Shown: positions 9,351 through 19,945, numbered from the stretch's first letter. The stretch: 64,000 nt of DNA from Myxococcota bacterium (GCA_965228475.1 OZ245817.1:448001-512000), one strand, 5' to 3'. The notes: a model not told the origin generated them from the letters alone. Made by a program: numbers and translations.

Positions 9351-10595
9351 ATGGGCGAAGTGATCGATCTCGCGGAGAAGGCCTGGAGCGGGGCGCTGGC
9401 GGAGACGCAGGTGCACCCGGGCCGGGCGCTCGTGGCCTTCGAGCCGGTCGAGGACGGCATGGGCTTCATGTCGGCCTTCTCGAATGCGCTCGTGCTCGAT
9501 ACCGGCGAGGGGCTCGTCTTCATCGACACGAGCAGCCTCTTCCACGCCCAGGCGCTCTACGACGGCGTGCGGGCCTGGTCGCAGGCGCCGGTCCACACGG
9601 GCGTCTACACCCACGGCCACGTCGATCACGTCTTCGGGCTGCTGCGCTTCCAGGAGGAGGCGAAGGAGCAGGGCCGGCCGGCGCCGCGGATCGTCGCCCA
9701 CGACGCGTGCCCGGCCCGCTTCGACCGCTACAAGCTGACCCGCGGCTACAACGGCCACATCAACATGCGCCAGTTCGGTTTCGACAAGCCGCTCTTCCCG
9801 GGCGAGTTCACCTACCCGGACGAGACGCTCGCGAGCGAGCGCGTGCTCGAGATCGGCGGCGAGCGCATCGATCTGCGGCACGATCGCGGCGAGACCGACG
9901 ACCACGTCTGGGCCTGGCTCCCCGAACGCAAGGCGATCTACACGGGGGACCTTTTCATCTGGGCGTCGCCGAACTGCGGAAATCCGCAGAAGGCCCAGCG
10001 CTACCCGCGCGAGTGGGCGGAGGCGCTCCGAAAGATGGCGGCGCTCGGCGCGGAGACGCTCTTCCCCGGCCACGGTCCGCCGATCCTCGGCGCCGAACGC
10101 GTCCGCCAGGCGCTTGGCGAATCGGCGGAGCTGCTCGAGACGCTCTGCAGCCAGACGATCGCCCTGATGAACGACGGCGCGACGCTCGACGACGTGCTCC
10201 ACGGCGTCGAGATTCCCCACGCGCTGCTCGAGCGGCCGTACCTGCGCCCGGTCTACGACCACCCGCTCTTCATCGTGCGAAACCTCTGGCGCCTCTACGG
10301 CGGGTGGTACGACGGGAACCCGGCGCACCTCGTGCCGCCGCAGACGGCGAAGCTCGGCCGCGCGGTCTCGCAGCTCGCGGGCGGTGCGGCGGAACTCGCT
10401 GCTGCCGCCGAGGGCGCCGCCGCGGAGGGGGAGCTCGCGGTGGCGTGCGAGCTGGTGGAGCTGGCCTACGCCGCAGCGCCGGAGGACGCCCGCGTGCGCG
10501 CGGCCCGGGCGGCGATCTACCGCGAGCGGCGCAAGTCCGCGACGAGCCTCATGGCCAAGGGCATATACGGGGCGGCGGAACGCGAATCGAGCTAG
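9351..10595 (+). CDS. Alkyl/aryl-sulfatase-like metallo-beta-lactamase fold hydrolase
   Basis: THGHVDH, GETDDH, TGD and PGHG motifs. RLYGGWYDGNPAHL dimerisation-domain motif. Confidence 0.88.
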   Translation: MGEVIDLAEKAWSGALAETQVHPGRALVAFEPVEDGMGFMSAFSNALVLDTGEGLVFIDTSSLFHAQALYDGVRAWSQAPVHTGVYTHGHVDHVFGLLRFQEEAKEQGRPAPRIVAHDACPARFDRYKLTRGYNGHINMRQFGFDKPLFPGEFTYPDETLASERVLEIGGERIDLRHDRGETDDHVWAWLPERKAIYTGDLFIWASPNCGNPQKAQRYPREWAEALRKMAALGAETLFPGHGPPILGAERVRQALGESAELLETLCSQTIALMNDGATLDDVLHGVEIPHALLERPYLRPVYDHPLFIVRNLWRLYGGWYDGNPAHLVPPQTAKLGRAVSQLAGGAAELAAAAEGAAAEGELAVACELVELAYAAAPEDARVRAARAAIYRERRKSATSLMAKGIYGAAERESS

Positions 10596-10605
10596 CGGCT
10601 GCGCC

Positions 10606-11784
10606 CTACGGCGTCGCGAGGAAGCCGTCGCAGGCGAGGGTGGAGAGCGCGCCGATCAGATCCGAGGCACCGAGCACCAGGACGAGGCCGTCGAACACGT
10701 CGAACTCCGCGGGTCCGGCGGCGACGATCGCGTTGACGTCGGCCTGGATGCCGAGAACCTCGTCCTGCACGCCCGAGGAGAAGAGCGCGAGGTCTCCGGC
10801 GATGGCGCGGTCGATGACGCTGCCGATCGCGACGGCGTCTTCGTAGGTGGCCTGCGAGGGCGGCTCGAGCGCGGGCACGGTCTCGACGTTCGCGAGCTCG
10901 ATGGCGAGGAGCACCGCGGTCCGGGTCTGTTCGCCGAGCTTCCCGCGGTCGATGACGCTGAAGTCGTCGCCCGTCGTGTGGTAGCAGGGTCCGTCCGCGT
11001 CCGAGAAGAAGACGGCGGGGATGCCGGCGTCGAGGAAGGGCACGTGGTCGCTCCGGTCCTGGCCGAAGACGCGGGTCACGATCTGCAGGTCGAGGCTGCT
11101 CCCGGCGCTCGCGCTGCGCACGAGATCCTTCATCGCCTCGCCGCCGGATTCGGCCGCGACCGCGAAGGTGACCTCCCGCAGCGAGGGCAGCAGGTTCGCG
11201 CCCTGGATGTCGAAGTTGACGTAGGCGACGGTCTGCTCGAGCGGCACGAGCGGGGAGTCCACGTAGGCGCGGGAGCCGACGAGGCCGTCCTCCTCCGCAT
11301 CCCACAGGGCCAGCACGACGGAGCGCCGCGGCGGCGTCGGCAGCGCAGCGACGGCCGTGCCGATGGCGAGCACGATCGAGACGCCCGTCGCGTTGTCCGT
11401 CGCCCCGTTGAAGACGGAAGAGCCCAGGGTGCCGATGTGGTCGTAGTGGGCGCCGACGATCACGTACTCGTCCGCGAGGTCCGAGCCCGGGATCACGGCG
11501 AGGAGGTTCGTGCCCGTCTCGCTGGTCGAGAAGGGCTGCCGGTAGGCGTCGCGGCCCGTGGCCGCGGTGTTGAGTCCGCTGCCGAGGGCGGAGAGTTCGT
11601 CGATCAGGAACTCCTGGGCCGCGAGCGATTCCGCGGATCCGTTCTCGCGGCCCTGCTGGGCGTCGGAGGAGAGCAGGGCGACGAGGTCGAGCTGGGGCGT
11701 GACGCAGCGGGAACCGGCGGCAGCCGAAGCGATCAGGGCGAGGGCGATCAGGGCCGCGCGTGCCGTCGGTCTAGCCAGGATCAT
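10606..11784 (-). CDS. M28-family secreted metallopeptidase
   Basis: GAHYDH, GATDNATG, WDAEEDGLVGS, NFD, SDH and YHT motifs. N-terminal signal. Confidence 0.9.
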   Translation of the reverse strand: MILARPTARAALIALALIASAAAGSRCVTPQLDLVALLSSDAQQGRENGSAESLAAQEFLIDELSALGSGLNTAATGRDAYRQPFSTSETGTNLLAVIPGSDLADEYVIVGAHYDHIGTLGSSVFNGATDNATGVSIVLAIGTAVAALPTPPRRSVVLALWDAEEDGLVGSRAYVDSPLVPLEQTVAYVNFDIQGANLLPSLREVTFAVAAESGGEAMKDLVRSASAGSSLDLQIVTRVFGQDRSDHVPFLDAGIPAVFFSDADGPCYHTTGDDFSVIDRGKLGEQTRTAVLLAIELANVETVPALEPPSQATYEDAVAIGSVIDRAIAGDLALFSSGVQDEVLGIQADVNAIVAAGPAEFDVFDGLVLVLGASDLIGALSTLACDGFLATP

Positions 11785-11800
11785 CGAAGGCTCCTTCCCG

Positions 11801-14770
11801 TCAGCGCGAGATGCGCCGCCGTCGCGCCGCCGCGAGCAGCCCCAGCAGGGCGAGCTCCGGTCCGAGGCCGCAGTCGCGCTGGCCCCAGCGGATGACGCTC
11901 TCGGCGCCTTCTTCGCAGGTCGGATCGTCGGCGTCGATCAGGCCGTCGAGGTCGTCGTCGACCCCATCCTGACACGACCAGCCGCCGTGGATCACGACCT
12001 CGTCCGCCCGGCTCTCGGCGCCGTTCGCATCGGTGACGGTGAGGGCCAGGCGGTAGACGCCGGCGTGGGTGAGGGTGAGTTCCGGGTTCCAGGCGCCGGG
12101 CTCGGCGAGGCGCCAGACGTGCTGGGTCGGGGCCGAGAGGATCCTCCAGTGCGGCGTGAGCGCGTCGCCGTCGGCGTCGCAGCTCGCGCCGCCGTCGAGA
12201 CGGAAGGTGAATCCGATCGGGAGGCGGAGGTCCGGTCCGGCGTCCGCGGCGGGGGCGGAGTTGCCGGCGCCCGGATGGAGAGCGAAGCGCCGCTCGCGGT
12301 TCAGTTCGACGCGGACGCTCCCGTCCGGCTGCGCCGCGAAGGCGCAGGCCCCGTCCGCTCGCAGCGGAACGAAGGGAAGGCCGCGCAGGGTGACCGCGTC
12401 GTCGGCGGTCTCGGCGAGGCCCGCGATGCGGTCCGCAGCCTCCGAGACGGCCAGCGTTCCAGCCGTTTCACTCGCGATGCGGACGACGCCGTCGTACTCG
12501 AGCGCGGTGGCCTCTTCGGCATAGGCGAGGCGAAGGCTCCCGTCTGCACGCGCGTCGAAGAGCGCGAGCGTTCCATCCGACGCCGTCTCGGCGAGTCCGG
12601 TCGCGGCGGGGTCGAGCCGCAGGGTGTCGCCGCTCGCCGCCCGGTGCCATGCGGCGATGCGCCGGTCGCCGTCCGCGTCCTCGAGCCGGAGTCCCGCTGC
12701 GCCCGGCACGGCGAGCTCGGCGAGCGTCGGTGCTGCATCCGCCGTGGGGCTCGGGTAGTTGAGCATCAAGCTCGTGAGCGCTTCGCCGTTGGCCGTGGCC
12801 TGCAGCGTCACGTGGCTCTCGTCGATGTCCTTCGTCACGGGCGATTCGTGGACGTTCAACTCGGTCGCGAAGCTGAAGCTGCCTCCCGCGAGGGCGAGGC
12901 CGGCATCGAGCCGCGCGTTCGTGCGCTCCCAGCGCCCGCCTGCGGCCGTGCTCGCGAAGGTTCCGTCGGGCCCGCCGTCGATGCCGATGCCGCCGCCGTG
13001 GCCGTGGAGCAGCCAGGTGAAGTCGTGCGGTGCGCCGTCCCGGCTCGTCACGCGGTCCGCGACGAGCAGGTAGCGGTCGTCGCCGAAGAGGAAGCGGCGT
13101 TCGAAGAGCGGCGCTTCCCCGAGCGGCCGCGCGAGGCCGAAGCCATAGCTCGAGGTCACGCGCGCAGCGTCGAGGAAGTCCGTGTCGAACGTGTCGCTCA
13201 TGCGCGCGTGGCCGTCGACGGGCGGGCGGCCGTAGGGTTCGCTCCAGTCGAAGGTCGCCTGCAGGTAGCCGACGGGGCCCGCTCCATCCACGAGGATCAG
13301 GTTGTGGTGCTCCGGCCGGGAGACCTTGTCGCGCGTGCCGAACGTGAAGTACCCGGGGTCGAGGGCCAGGGCTTCGCCGAAGGCGTTCAAGAGGAAGGAT
13401 CCGGGCTCCGGGTGCTCGTGGCCCTGGGGCGCGAGGCCGCGGCCGTCGCGATCGCGTCCGAACAGGGAAGACGTGTCGTACTCCGCGAGCGCCACGGCCA
13501 TCACCGCTTCCTCGGACCAGTCGCTGCGGAAGATGGCGTTGCCGGCCTCCGGGTAGAAGGCGGTCGGCGAGCCGTCGGGCGGCGCCGGTGCGATCGCCGG
13601 GTCGTAGAGCACGAGCACGTCCGGGCCGAGGTTCACGTTGCCGTCGACGTCGAAGGACGACGGTGCGTTCGCCCAGCGCCAGTAGTAGGCCGGCGCATCC
13701 GGGAAGGACGTCGGCACCATCGCGAAGTAGTGCGAGCGGCCCGGGTTCCCGTCGTCGATGTGCACGAGGGCGCCGTCGGGCAGGGTCATGTCGAGCATCC
13801 AGCGCTGCATGCGCTCGTGGAGCGGGTGACGCCAGAGGTTCGGCACGACGAAGGGGCCGGCGGTGTAGTCGCTCCCACCGAGCAGCCGATCCCACACGCG
13901 CAGGAAGGGCACGAGGTTCTGCATCGTGAAGCGGAAGTAGAACGGGCCCTCGGCGTAGCCGCCGTCGCCGGAGTTCAGCGCCACGCGCAGGATCATGTCC
14001 GCCTGATCGACGCCGTAGTCGATCCAGTTCGCCGGGTCGCGCAGGCCCGCCGGGTCGCTCCCCGCCGGCGCTTCGTACTCCGCCAGGGCGATCCCCGCGA
14101 GCGCCAGGGAGGCGCCCGACTTCGAGCGGTGGTTGTTCTGGTGGAGCAGCGCGAAGTTGGTGGCGGTGAGCGGCTGCGTGTAGTTCAGGTAGAGCTCGGA
14201 GGCGATGTCCGCGATGCCCTCGACGATGGCCGCTTCGTCGCCGCCGAAGTCGTAGCCCGCGGCCTTCAAGGCGTCGTAGGCGCTCGCCCAGTTCAGGAGC
14301 TCTTCGGAGGTCGAGATGTCGCGGTCCCAGCCGCCGCCGAGCTGCGGAGAGACGGCGAGGCGCGAGCGGGGGAAGAGGTGGAGGAGGAGCTCCTTCGCGC
14401 GGTCGCCCACCGCCTGGCGTTCGGCGGCGTCCGCGAAGGGCGAGACCACGCCCGCTTCGTACTGCCGCTCGACCAGGTAGAAGAAAGCGAGGTTGCGCGC
14501 CGCGCGGCCAATGATGCGGTGCGTGTTGACGCTCGTGTCCTCGAGGTCCGCCCCGGCCGCGAGCTCGACGTGCTGCACCATGCGGTCGAGTACCGCCTCG
14601 GTCCACGCCGGCAGCGGCGTCGCGTCGAGCTTCGCCTGGACCTCGGGGATTTCCGCGGCGCTCATGAGCAGGCGCGGCCGCGTGAGATCGACGCCCGGCG
14701 GCGCCCAGACGGCCTGGGCGGCGGAAGGCAGCAGGAGCAGGGTCAGGAGGAGGAGCGTCTTCCGCGGCAT
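11801..14770 (-). CDS. Heparinase II/III-like polysaccharide lyase with PKD-like domain and CGLGPEL C-terminal tail
   Basis: Signal MPRKTLLLLTLLLLPSAAQA; DGGYAEGPFY, GHEH, DPGY and HNLILVDG motifs; NSAPAADAGPD PKD-like domain. The ORF-track start at 15244 is overextended. Confidence 0.8.
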   Translation of the reverse strand: MPRKTLLLLTLLLLPSAAQAVWAPPGVDLTRPRLLMSAAEIPEVQAKLDATPLPAWTEAVLDRMVQHVELAAGADLEDTSVNTHRIIGRAARNLAFFYLVERQYEAGVVSPFADAAERQAVGDRAKELLLHLFPRSRLAVSPQLGGGWDRDISTSEELLNWASAYDALKAAGYDFGGDEAAIVEGIADIASELYLNYTQPLTATNFALLHQNNHRSKSGASLALAGIALAEYEAPAGSDPAGLRDPANWIDYGVDQADMILRVALNSGDGGYAEGPFYFRFTMQNLVPFLRVWDRLLGGSDYTAGPFVVPNLWRHPLHERMQRWMLDMTLPDGALVHIDDGNPGRSHYFAMVPTSFPDAPAYYWRWANAPSSFDVDGNVNLGPDVLVLYDPAIAPAPPDGSPTAFYPEAGNAIFRSDWSEEAVMAVALAEYDTSSLFGRDRDGRGLAPQGHEHPEPGSFLLNAFGEALALDPGYFTFGTRDKVSRPEHHNLILVDGAGPVGYLQATFDWSEPYGRPPVDGHARMSDTFDTDFLDAARVTSSYGFGLARPLGEAPLFERRFLFGDDRYLLVADRVTSRDGAPHDFTWLLHGHGGGIGIDGGPDGTFASTAAGGRWERTNARLDAGLALAGGSFSFATELNVHESPVTKDIDESHVTLQATANGEALTSLMLNYPSPTADAAPTLAELAVPGAAGLRLEDADGDRRIAAWHRAASGDTLRLDPAATGLAETASDGTLALFDARADGSLRLAYAEEATALEYDGVVRIASETAGTLAVSEAADRIAGLAETADDAVTLRGLPFVPLRADGACAFAAQPDGSVRVELNRERRFALHPGAGNSAPAADAGPDLRLPIGFTFRLDGGASCDADGDALTPHWRILSAPTQHVWRLAEPGAWNPELTLTHAGVYRLALTVTDANGAESRADEVVIHGGWSCQDGVDDDLDGLIDADDPTCEEGAESVIRWGQRDCGLGPELALLGLLAAARRRRISR

Positions 14771-14823
14771 CCGCGAGAGGGTACACGGGCGCGCGAGCCG
14801 GATCCAAGCCCGGCTCGGGCGGC

Positions 14824-15294
14824 TCAGCCCCGCGGGCGCAGGCGGAAGACCCGGATATCGCGATCCGTGCGGGAGCGATAGACGCGAAACTGCGGAACAA
14901 CTGCGTCGAGCCGCGGCCACAGGGCAGGCATCTCTTCCTCCGGGACGCGCTCCGCGCGGATCTCGATGCGCCGCTCTCCGACGTGGATGGTGGCCTCCGG
15001 GTTCGCCTCGAGGTTGAGCGCCCAGGCCGGGTGGCGTTCGCCGCCGAAGTTCGAGGCGACCACGATGTGATCGTCCCCATCTTCGAGGCAGGCGACCTGG
15101 GCCGGGCGGGATTTTCCGCTCTTGCGCCCCACCGTGATCAGCACGAGCTGCGGAATGGTCGGCACGCCGGTCGAGGTGACGCGACCGCCGGTGACCCGAT
15201 AGAGCCACGGGTCGATGCGCGAGGCCGTGTTGGGTGCGAGCCACGAGCCGAGCGGCGTACTCGAGAACCGGTTGACGGCGTCCTTGTATCCCAT
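14824..15294 (-). CDS. Deazaflavin (F420)-dependent nitroreductase family (DDN/FDOR-A) protein
   Basis: TVGRKSGKSR, ASNFGGERHPAWALNLEANP and YRSRTDRDIRVF motifs. Confidence 0.9.
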   Translation of the reverse strand: MGYKDAVNRFSSTPLGSWLAPNTASRIDPWLYRVTGGRVTSTGVPTIPQLVLITVGRKSGKSRPAQVACLEDGDDHIVVASNFGGERHPAWALNLEANPEATIHVGERRIEIRAERVPEEEMPALWPRLDAVVPQFRVYRSRTDRDIRVFRLRPRG

Positions 15295-15304
15295 GGGCGG
15301 GAGT

Positions 15305-16468
15305 CTAGGACGTTCTTCGTCCTCTTCGCTGGCGCCGGAGCCAGGCCGGCACGGCCAGGAGCACGAGCTCCGGCCCGAGCCCGCAGCCCGTTTCGGGATC
15401 CAGGTAGGCCACGAAGCCTTCCCGGTTGCCTTCGGGGTTGATGGCTTCGCCGGCGACGTAGAGGCCGTTCGGCGAGATCCCGTTCACCTGGACCAGGGTC
15501 CAGCCCGTGAGGTCGATCCCGAGGTCGTTCTCGAGGATGTCGGCCAGCTCGCGCATGCCGTTCGTCGCGTCCCAGAGGAAGGCCGAGGACATCGAGGCGC
15601 CGAAGTTGCCGCCGACCGCCTTCGCGGCGGTGTGGTCGACGTCGAGGATCAGCTTCGGGATGCCCACGTTGAAGGAGTTCCCGAGGTAGACGTACCCGCC
15701 GGCCTCGGTCCACAGCCAGGAGTCGCCCTCCTCGATGCCGAAGACGGTTTCGCCGTCGCCGGAGACACCGCGCACGGCGCGCGGCACCTCCGTGAGCGGT
15801 CCGATCGAGTCCATGCCCACGCCGTCTTCCCAGCGGAAGCCGGGCGCGTTGTCGTAGTTGCGTGTCGTGCCGGCGGCGACGCTGCCGTCGGCCGAGACGC
15901 CCCAGGCCTGGCTCTGCGGGTTGGTGTGCGGGAGCGTGCCGAGGTCCTCGTGGCCGCCGGCGGCGCTCCAGCGGAAGGCCTCCTGGTAGCCGCCCGCCTC
16001 GTTGTAGCCGCGGCCGACGATCGTCGTGCCGTCCTCGGAGAGTTCGCGGGGCAGGTCGGTGATCGGGACCTGGACGGCGCCCCCGGCGAGGGTCCAGAGG
16101 TAGGTGTCGTAGGTGCCGCCGCCGGAGCTGCTCACGGGCTTCCAGCCGAGCACGGTCTCGCCGTCGGCGGAGATGTCGATCGAGTAGGGGACGTCGGTCG
16201 GCAGGAACTCGAACACGCCGGGCGGGCTCCAGCGTGCGGCGCGTTCGTCGTCGAGCACGAGCGGCGGGTAGCCCGGGATCTCGACGATCACCTCGCCGGT
16301 GGTGACGACGGCGGCGCGGCCGTCGTTCGAGACGGCGTAGGCGTTGCTGTCGAAGCTGCCCCCGGCGAGGTCCCCGATTCCCGAGAACCACGCGGCGTGG
16401 GCCACCGCAGGCAGCGCGGCAACGATTCCGAAGGCGAGAAGTGCGATGGATCGGTGGAAGACCGGCAT
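15305..16468 (-). CDS. Secreted HAF-repeat-like beta-propeller protein with CGLGPEL tail
   Basis: GIGDLAGGSFDSNAYAVSNDG start; repeated SADG...EAFRW...DLG motifs; tail GCGLGPELVLLAVPAWLRRQRRGRR. Confidence 0.85.
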   Translation of the reverse strand: MPVFHRSIALLAFGIVAALPAVAHAAWFSGIGDLAGGSFDSNAYAVSNDGRAAVVTTGEVIVEIPGYPPLVLDDERAARWSPPGVFEFLPTDVPYSIDISADGETVLGWKPVSSSGGGTYDTYLWTLAGGAVQVPITDLPRELSEDGTTIVGRGYNEAGGYQEAFRWSAAGGHEDLGTLPHTNPQSQAWGVSADGSVAAGTTRNYDNAPGFRWEDGVGMDSIGPLTEVPRAVRGVSGDGETVFGIEEGDSWLWTEAGGYVYLGNSFNVGIPKLILDVDHTAAKAVGGNFGASMSSAFLWDATNGMRELADILENDLGIDLTGWTLVQVNGISPNGLYVAGEAINPEGNREGFVAYLDPETGCGLGPELVLLAVPAWLRRQRRGRRTS

Positions 16469-16541
16469 GGTGGCGCCCTCCTGCTCACCCGCCCAGAGGG
16501 TACCCGAACCGCTCCGGAGTCGCCGGAGTCCCCCGGGGCCC

Positions 16542-17210
16542 CTAGTTCGCGATCAGCAGCCGGAGCCGGTTCCCCACGCGCTCGGCGTAGTCGGCGATGT
16601 CCGCGATCCACTCGATCATGTGCCACCAGAACAGCGTGGAGAGGCCGAGTTCGGACTCCATCTCGAAGACCTTGCGGGTCGCCTGCTCCTCGAGCAGGTC
16701 CGTTTCGGTCTCGACGCGCGAGAGCTCGTTGATCATGTCCTCGACCCGCGTCACCTCTGCTCCGCGGAAGCCCGTCTCGACCAGCTCGTCGAGCTCGTTC
16801 ACGACGCGTTCGGCCTGCTCGCAGGCCGCGATGACCTGGCGGACGAGGTTGCCGAGCACCTCTTGCAGCGCCGGCGGAACGGTCATGCCGCGCTGATCCG
16901 CGAGCTCCGCGATGTCCTGGGCGGTGTCGGCCATGGAATCCTGGGCGTCGAGGATGTCGAGCATGTCGCGGCGCTCGAGCGCGAGCATCATCCGCGCCGG
17001 AAGGTGGCTGCGGATCTCGTTCTTGATGCGGTCCGCCTCGTGCTCGCGGCGGTCGATCTCTTCGCGGGCGGCGTGGATGGCCGCGAGGTCCCCCGCCGTC
17101 ATGGCCTCGAGCAGCGGGACCAGTCCGCGCGCCGTTTCGACGGCGGCGCCGATGTGCTCTTGCATGGGCTTGACCGGCGATCGGCCGAACAGGTCCCCGA
17201 TCAACGACAT
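16542..17210 (-). CDS. DUF47/PhoU-like phosphate transport regulator
   Basis: LFGRSP..PMQEH, EHEADRIK, QDSMAD..QD and IADYAE motifs; downstream of pit. Confidence 0.9.
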   Translation of the reverse strand: MSLIGDLFGRSPVKPMQEHIGAAVETARGLVPLLEAMTAGDLAAIHAAREEIDRREHEADRIKNEIRSHLPARMMLALERRDMLDILDAQDSMADTAQDIAELADQRGMTVPPALQEVLGNLVRQVIAACEQAERVVNELDELVETGFRGAEVTRVEDMINELSRVETETDLLEEQATRKVFEMESELGLSTLFWWHMIEWIADIADYAERVGNRLRLLIAN

Positions 17211-17250
17211 GTCGGATCCTCCGGGCGAGGGCGCGGCGCCCCCGGAAAGA

Positions 17251-18507
17251 CTACGGCGAGAAGACGCCCTTGAAGAAGAAGTAGAAGAAAATCGAGAGTC
17301 CGGCCCCCGTCGGCAGCGTCACGATCCACGAGAGAATGATTCTCCCGACCACGCGCATGTCCAGGGCCCCGATGCCGCGCGCGAGGCCGACGCCGAGGAC
17401 CGCCCCCACGAGCGTGTGCGTCGTCGAGACCGGGATGCCCGCCCGCGAAGCGATCACGATCGTGGTGGCGGCCGCGAGTTCCGCCGCGAACCCGCGGCTC
17501 GGCGTGAGCTCGGTGATCTTCTTCCCGATGGTCGCCATCACCTTGTAGCCGTAGGTCGCGAGCCCGATCACGATGCCGACGCCGCCGAGCCCGAGCATCC
17601 AGAGGGCCACTGGGGCCTTGCCGCCGATGTCCCCGCCCTGGGCGGCGTTGACGGCGGCCGCCAGCGGCCCGATCGAGTTGGCGACGTCGTTCGAGCCGTG
17701 GGCGAAGGCCACGGCGCACGCCGTCAGGATCTGGAGCGCGGCGAACACGCGCTCGACGTTCGAGAAGCGCTGCTTCTCGTCGGGCGGCGCGGCCTCGATC
17801 CGCCGGAGCAGGAAGAACCCGAAGACGGTGCCCGCCAGCCCGAGCAGCGCCGAATAGAGCAGGGCCTCCGGCAGGTCGAGGTCGAGCTTCAGGTTCTTCA
17901 GGCCCTTGAAGAGCGTGACCAGCCCGATCGTGAAGAAGACCCAGAAGAAGAAGAACGGCCCGATCCGTTTGGCCCGCACCATCGGATCGTCCTGATCGAG
18001 GATCGTGCGCCGCACGAGCACGAAGACGAGGAAGGCGATCACGCCGCTCATCACCGGCGACGTCACCCAGGAGGCGACGATCGTGCTCACCTTGGCCCAC
18101 TGCACGGCTTCCGGTCCGATCGCGACCGCACCGAAGCCGACGATCGCACCGACGATCGAGTGGGTGGTCGAGACCGGCCAGCCCATGCGCGAAGCGAAGA
18201 TCAGCCAGGTCCCCGCCGCGGCGAGGGAGGCGAGCATCCCCCAGATGAGCTCCTCGCGTTGGAGCGCCGAAGTATCGAGGATGCCCTTGCGGATCGTGTC
18301 GGTGACGTGCCCGCCCGCGAGGAAGGCGCCGCCGAACTCGAGCACGCCGGCCACGAGGATCGCGCCCCCGAGCGTCAGCGCTCCGGAGCCGACGCTCGTT
18401 CCCATGGCGTTGGCGACGTCGTTCGCACCGATGGCCCACGCCATGTAGAGGGCCAGCGCGCCTGCGACGATGACGGGCAGCGAGTAGCCGAATAGCGCCG
18501 ATTCCAC
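17251..18507 (-). CDS. pit: Inorganic phosphate transporter (PiT family)
   Basis: GANDVANAM, PVSTTHS and HGSNDVAN signature repeats. Confidence 0.95.
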   Translation of the reverse strand: MESALFGYSLPVIVAGALALYMAWAIGANDVANAMGTSVGSGALTLGGAILVAGVLEFGGAFLAGGHVTDTIRKGILDTSALQREELIWGMLASLAAAGTWLIFASRMGWPVSTTHSIVGAIVGFGAVAIGPEAVQWAKVSTIVASWVTSPVMSGVIAFLVFVLVRRTILDQDDPMVRAKRIGPFFFFWVFFTIGLVTLFKGLKNLKLDLDLPEALLYSALLGLAGTVFGFFLLRRIEAAPPDEKQRFSNVERVFAALQILTACAVAFAHGSNDVANSIGPLAAAVNAAQGGDIGGKAPVALWMLGLGGVGIVIGLATYGYKVMATIGKKITELTPSRGFAAELAAATTIVIASRAGIPVSTTHTLVGAVLGVGLARGIGALDMRVVGRIILSWIVTLPTGAGLSIFFYFFFKGVFSP

Positions 18508-18655
18508 AGCGACCTCCCGCCGATGACCCTAGGGGTCCGTCTTCACTCTGTGAAGGAATCGTGTCGTTTGCGTGTGGATTTCTGGTGAGCAGCGGAGAAA
18601 CCTCGTTTGATTTCGCTGAAAAGGCCCGAAACGGTCCCGTGATAAGCTCGCCGCG

Positions 18656-19945
18656 ATGTGCGACACGCTGCTAGCCGCCGCCAGCGAGACCCGTGACGGG
18701 CACGTCGTCTTCGCCAAGAACAGCGACCGCAAGGACGGGGAATCCCAACCCTTCCTCCAGTTTCCCGCCGCGAGCCATCCGCCCGGCGCGCGCGTTCGCT
18801 GCACGCACATCGCCATTCCCCAGGTCGCCGAGACCTACGCCGTCATGGGCCATTCGCCGTGGTGGGTCTGGGGCTTCGAGCACGGGGTGAACGAGCAGCG
18901 CGTGGCGATCGGGAATCTCACCGTGTTCTCGCGCGAGCCCGTCGAGGAGACGCCCGGCCTGATCGGGATGGACCTCGTGCGCCTGGGCCTCGAGCGTGGC
19001 CGGACCGCGCGCGAGGCGCTCGAGGTGATCGCCTCGCTCGTCGAGACCCATGGCCAGGGGGGCGCAGCGCTCGCGCCCGACGCCTCGGGCTACCACAACG
19101 CCTTCGCCCTGGCGGACCCGGCGGGCTGTTGGCTGCTCGAGACCTCCGGCCGCCACTGGGCCGCGCGCGAGGTCACCCTCGAATCCCACTCGAACCACCT
19201 CTCCCTCGGCGACGACTGGGAGATCGCCTGCAGCACCCTCGAGGCCTACGCGCGCGCTTCGGGCTGGTGGCAGCGCGCCGAGCGCATCGACGTCGCCCGC
19301 GCCTACCGCAACCCCCACGTACCCGGCGTGATCTCCGAGGGGCGCCTGCGCCGCGCGCGCGAGCTGCTCCTGCGAAAGAGCGGGCGGATCGACGTCGCAC
19401 ACATGCAGGCGTCCCTGCGCGACCATCTCGAAGGCGGCCCCGCGCGCCAGGACGGAGCGACGCCGGAGGACGACGCCTACTACACCCTGTGCATGCACAG
19501 CGAGCCGATCGGGACGACGACGGCGAGCATGGTTGCCACGCTCGCGGAGCCCACCGAAGCGCCGGGGGCGCCGTGGCCGGTCTGGATCTCCTTCGGGACG
19601 CCCTGCACCGGCGTGTTCCTGCCCGTCTATCTCGGCGGCGTCATTCCGCCGGCGATGGCGGCGAACGAAGCGAACGGGGGCGGAGGCTCGGCGTGGTGGG
19701 TCTTCAAGCATCTGCAGGACGCTGCCGCGGTCGACTTCGCGGGTCGCACGCCCGAGCTCCGTGAGGCCTGGCGCCCCTTCGAGCGCGAGCTCGAGGAAGA
19801 GCGGGTTCGCGTCGAAGCCGAAGCCGCGGGGCACGCCGCATCGGAGGCGGAGGGGGCCGCACGGGCGTGCCTCTCGGCCTTCATGCAGCGAACGCTCGAG
19901 ACGGCGCTCGAGCGCGCTCGGGAACTGACGATTCGATATTCCTGA
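18656..19945 (+). CDS. C69 dipeptidase/secernin-like Ntn hydrolase
   Basis: N-terminal MCDT nucleophile; AKNSDR, WGFEHGVNE, GMDLVRLGLER and CMH motifs. Confidence 0.9.
   Translation: MCDTLLAAASETRDGHVVFAKNSDRKDGESQPFLQFPAASHPPGARVRCTHIAIPQVAETYAVMGHSPWWVWGFEHGVNEQRVAIGNLTVFSREPVEETPGLIGMDLVRLGLERGRTAREALEVIASLVETHGQGGAALAPDASGYHNAFALADPAGCWLLETSGRHWAAREVTLESHSNHLSLGDDWEIACSTLEAYARASGWWQRAERIDVARAYRNPHVPGVISEGRLRRARELLLRKSGRIDVAHMQASLRDHLEGGPARQDGATPEDDAYYTLCMHSEPIGTTTASMVATLAEPTEAPGAPWPVWISFGTPCTGVFLPVYLGGVIPPAMAANEANGGGGSAWWVFKHLQDAAAVDFAGRTPELREAWRPFERELEEERVRVEAEAAGHAASEAEGAARACLSAFMQRTLETALERARELTIRYS

Noticed and set aside
11558..14881. Very long antisense or alternate-frame ORFs (e.g. 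11558-14881, 24878-27898, 60551-63598)
   Set aside because: Shadow ORFs from high-GC codon bias opposite well-supported genes; Arg/Ala-rich with no motifs.
14771..15244. N-terminal extension of the lyase ORF
   Set aside because: It overlaps the DDN gene; the signal peptide and -10 support a start at 14770.
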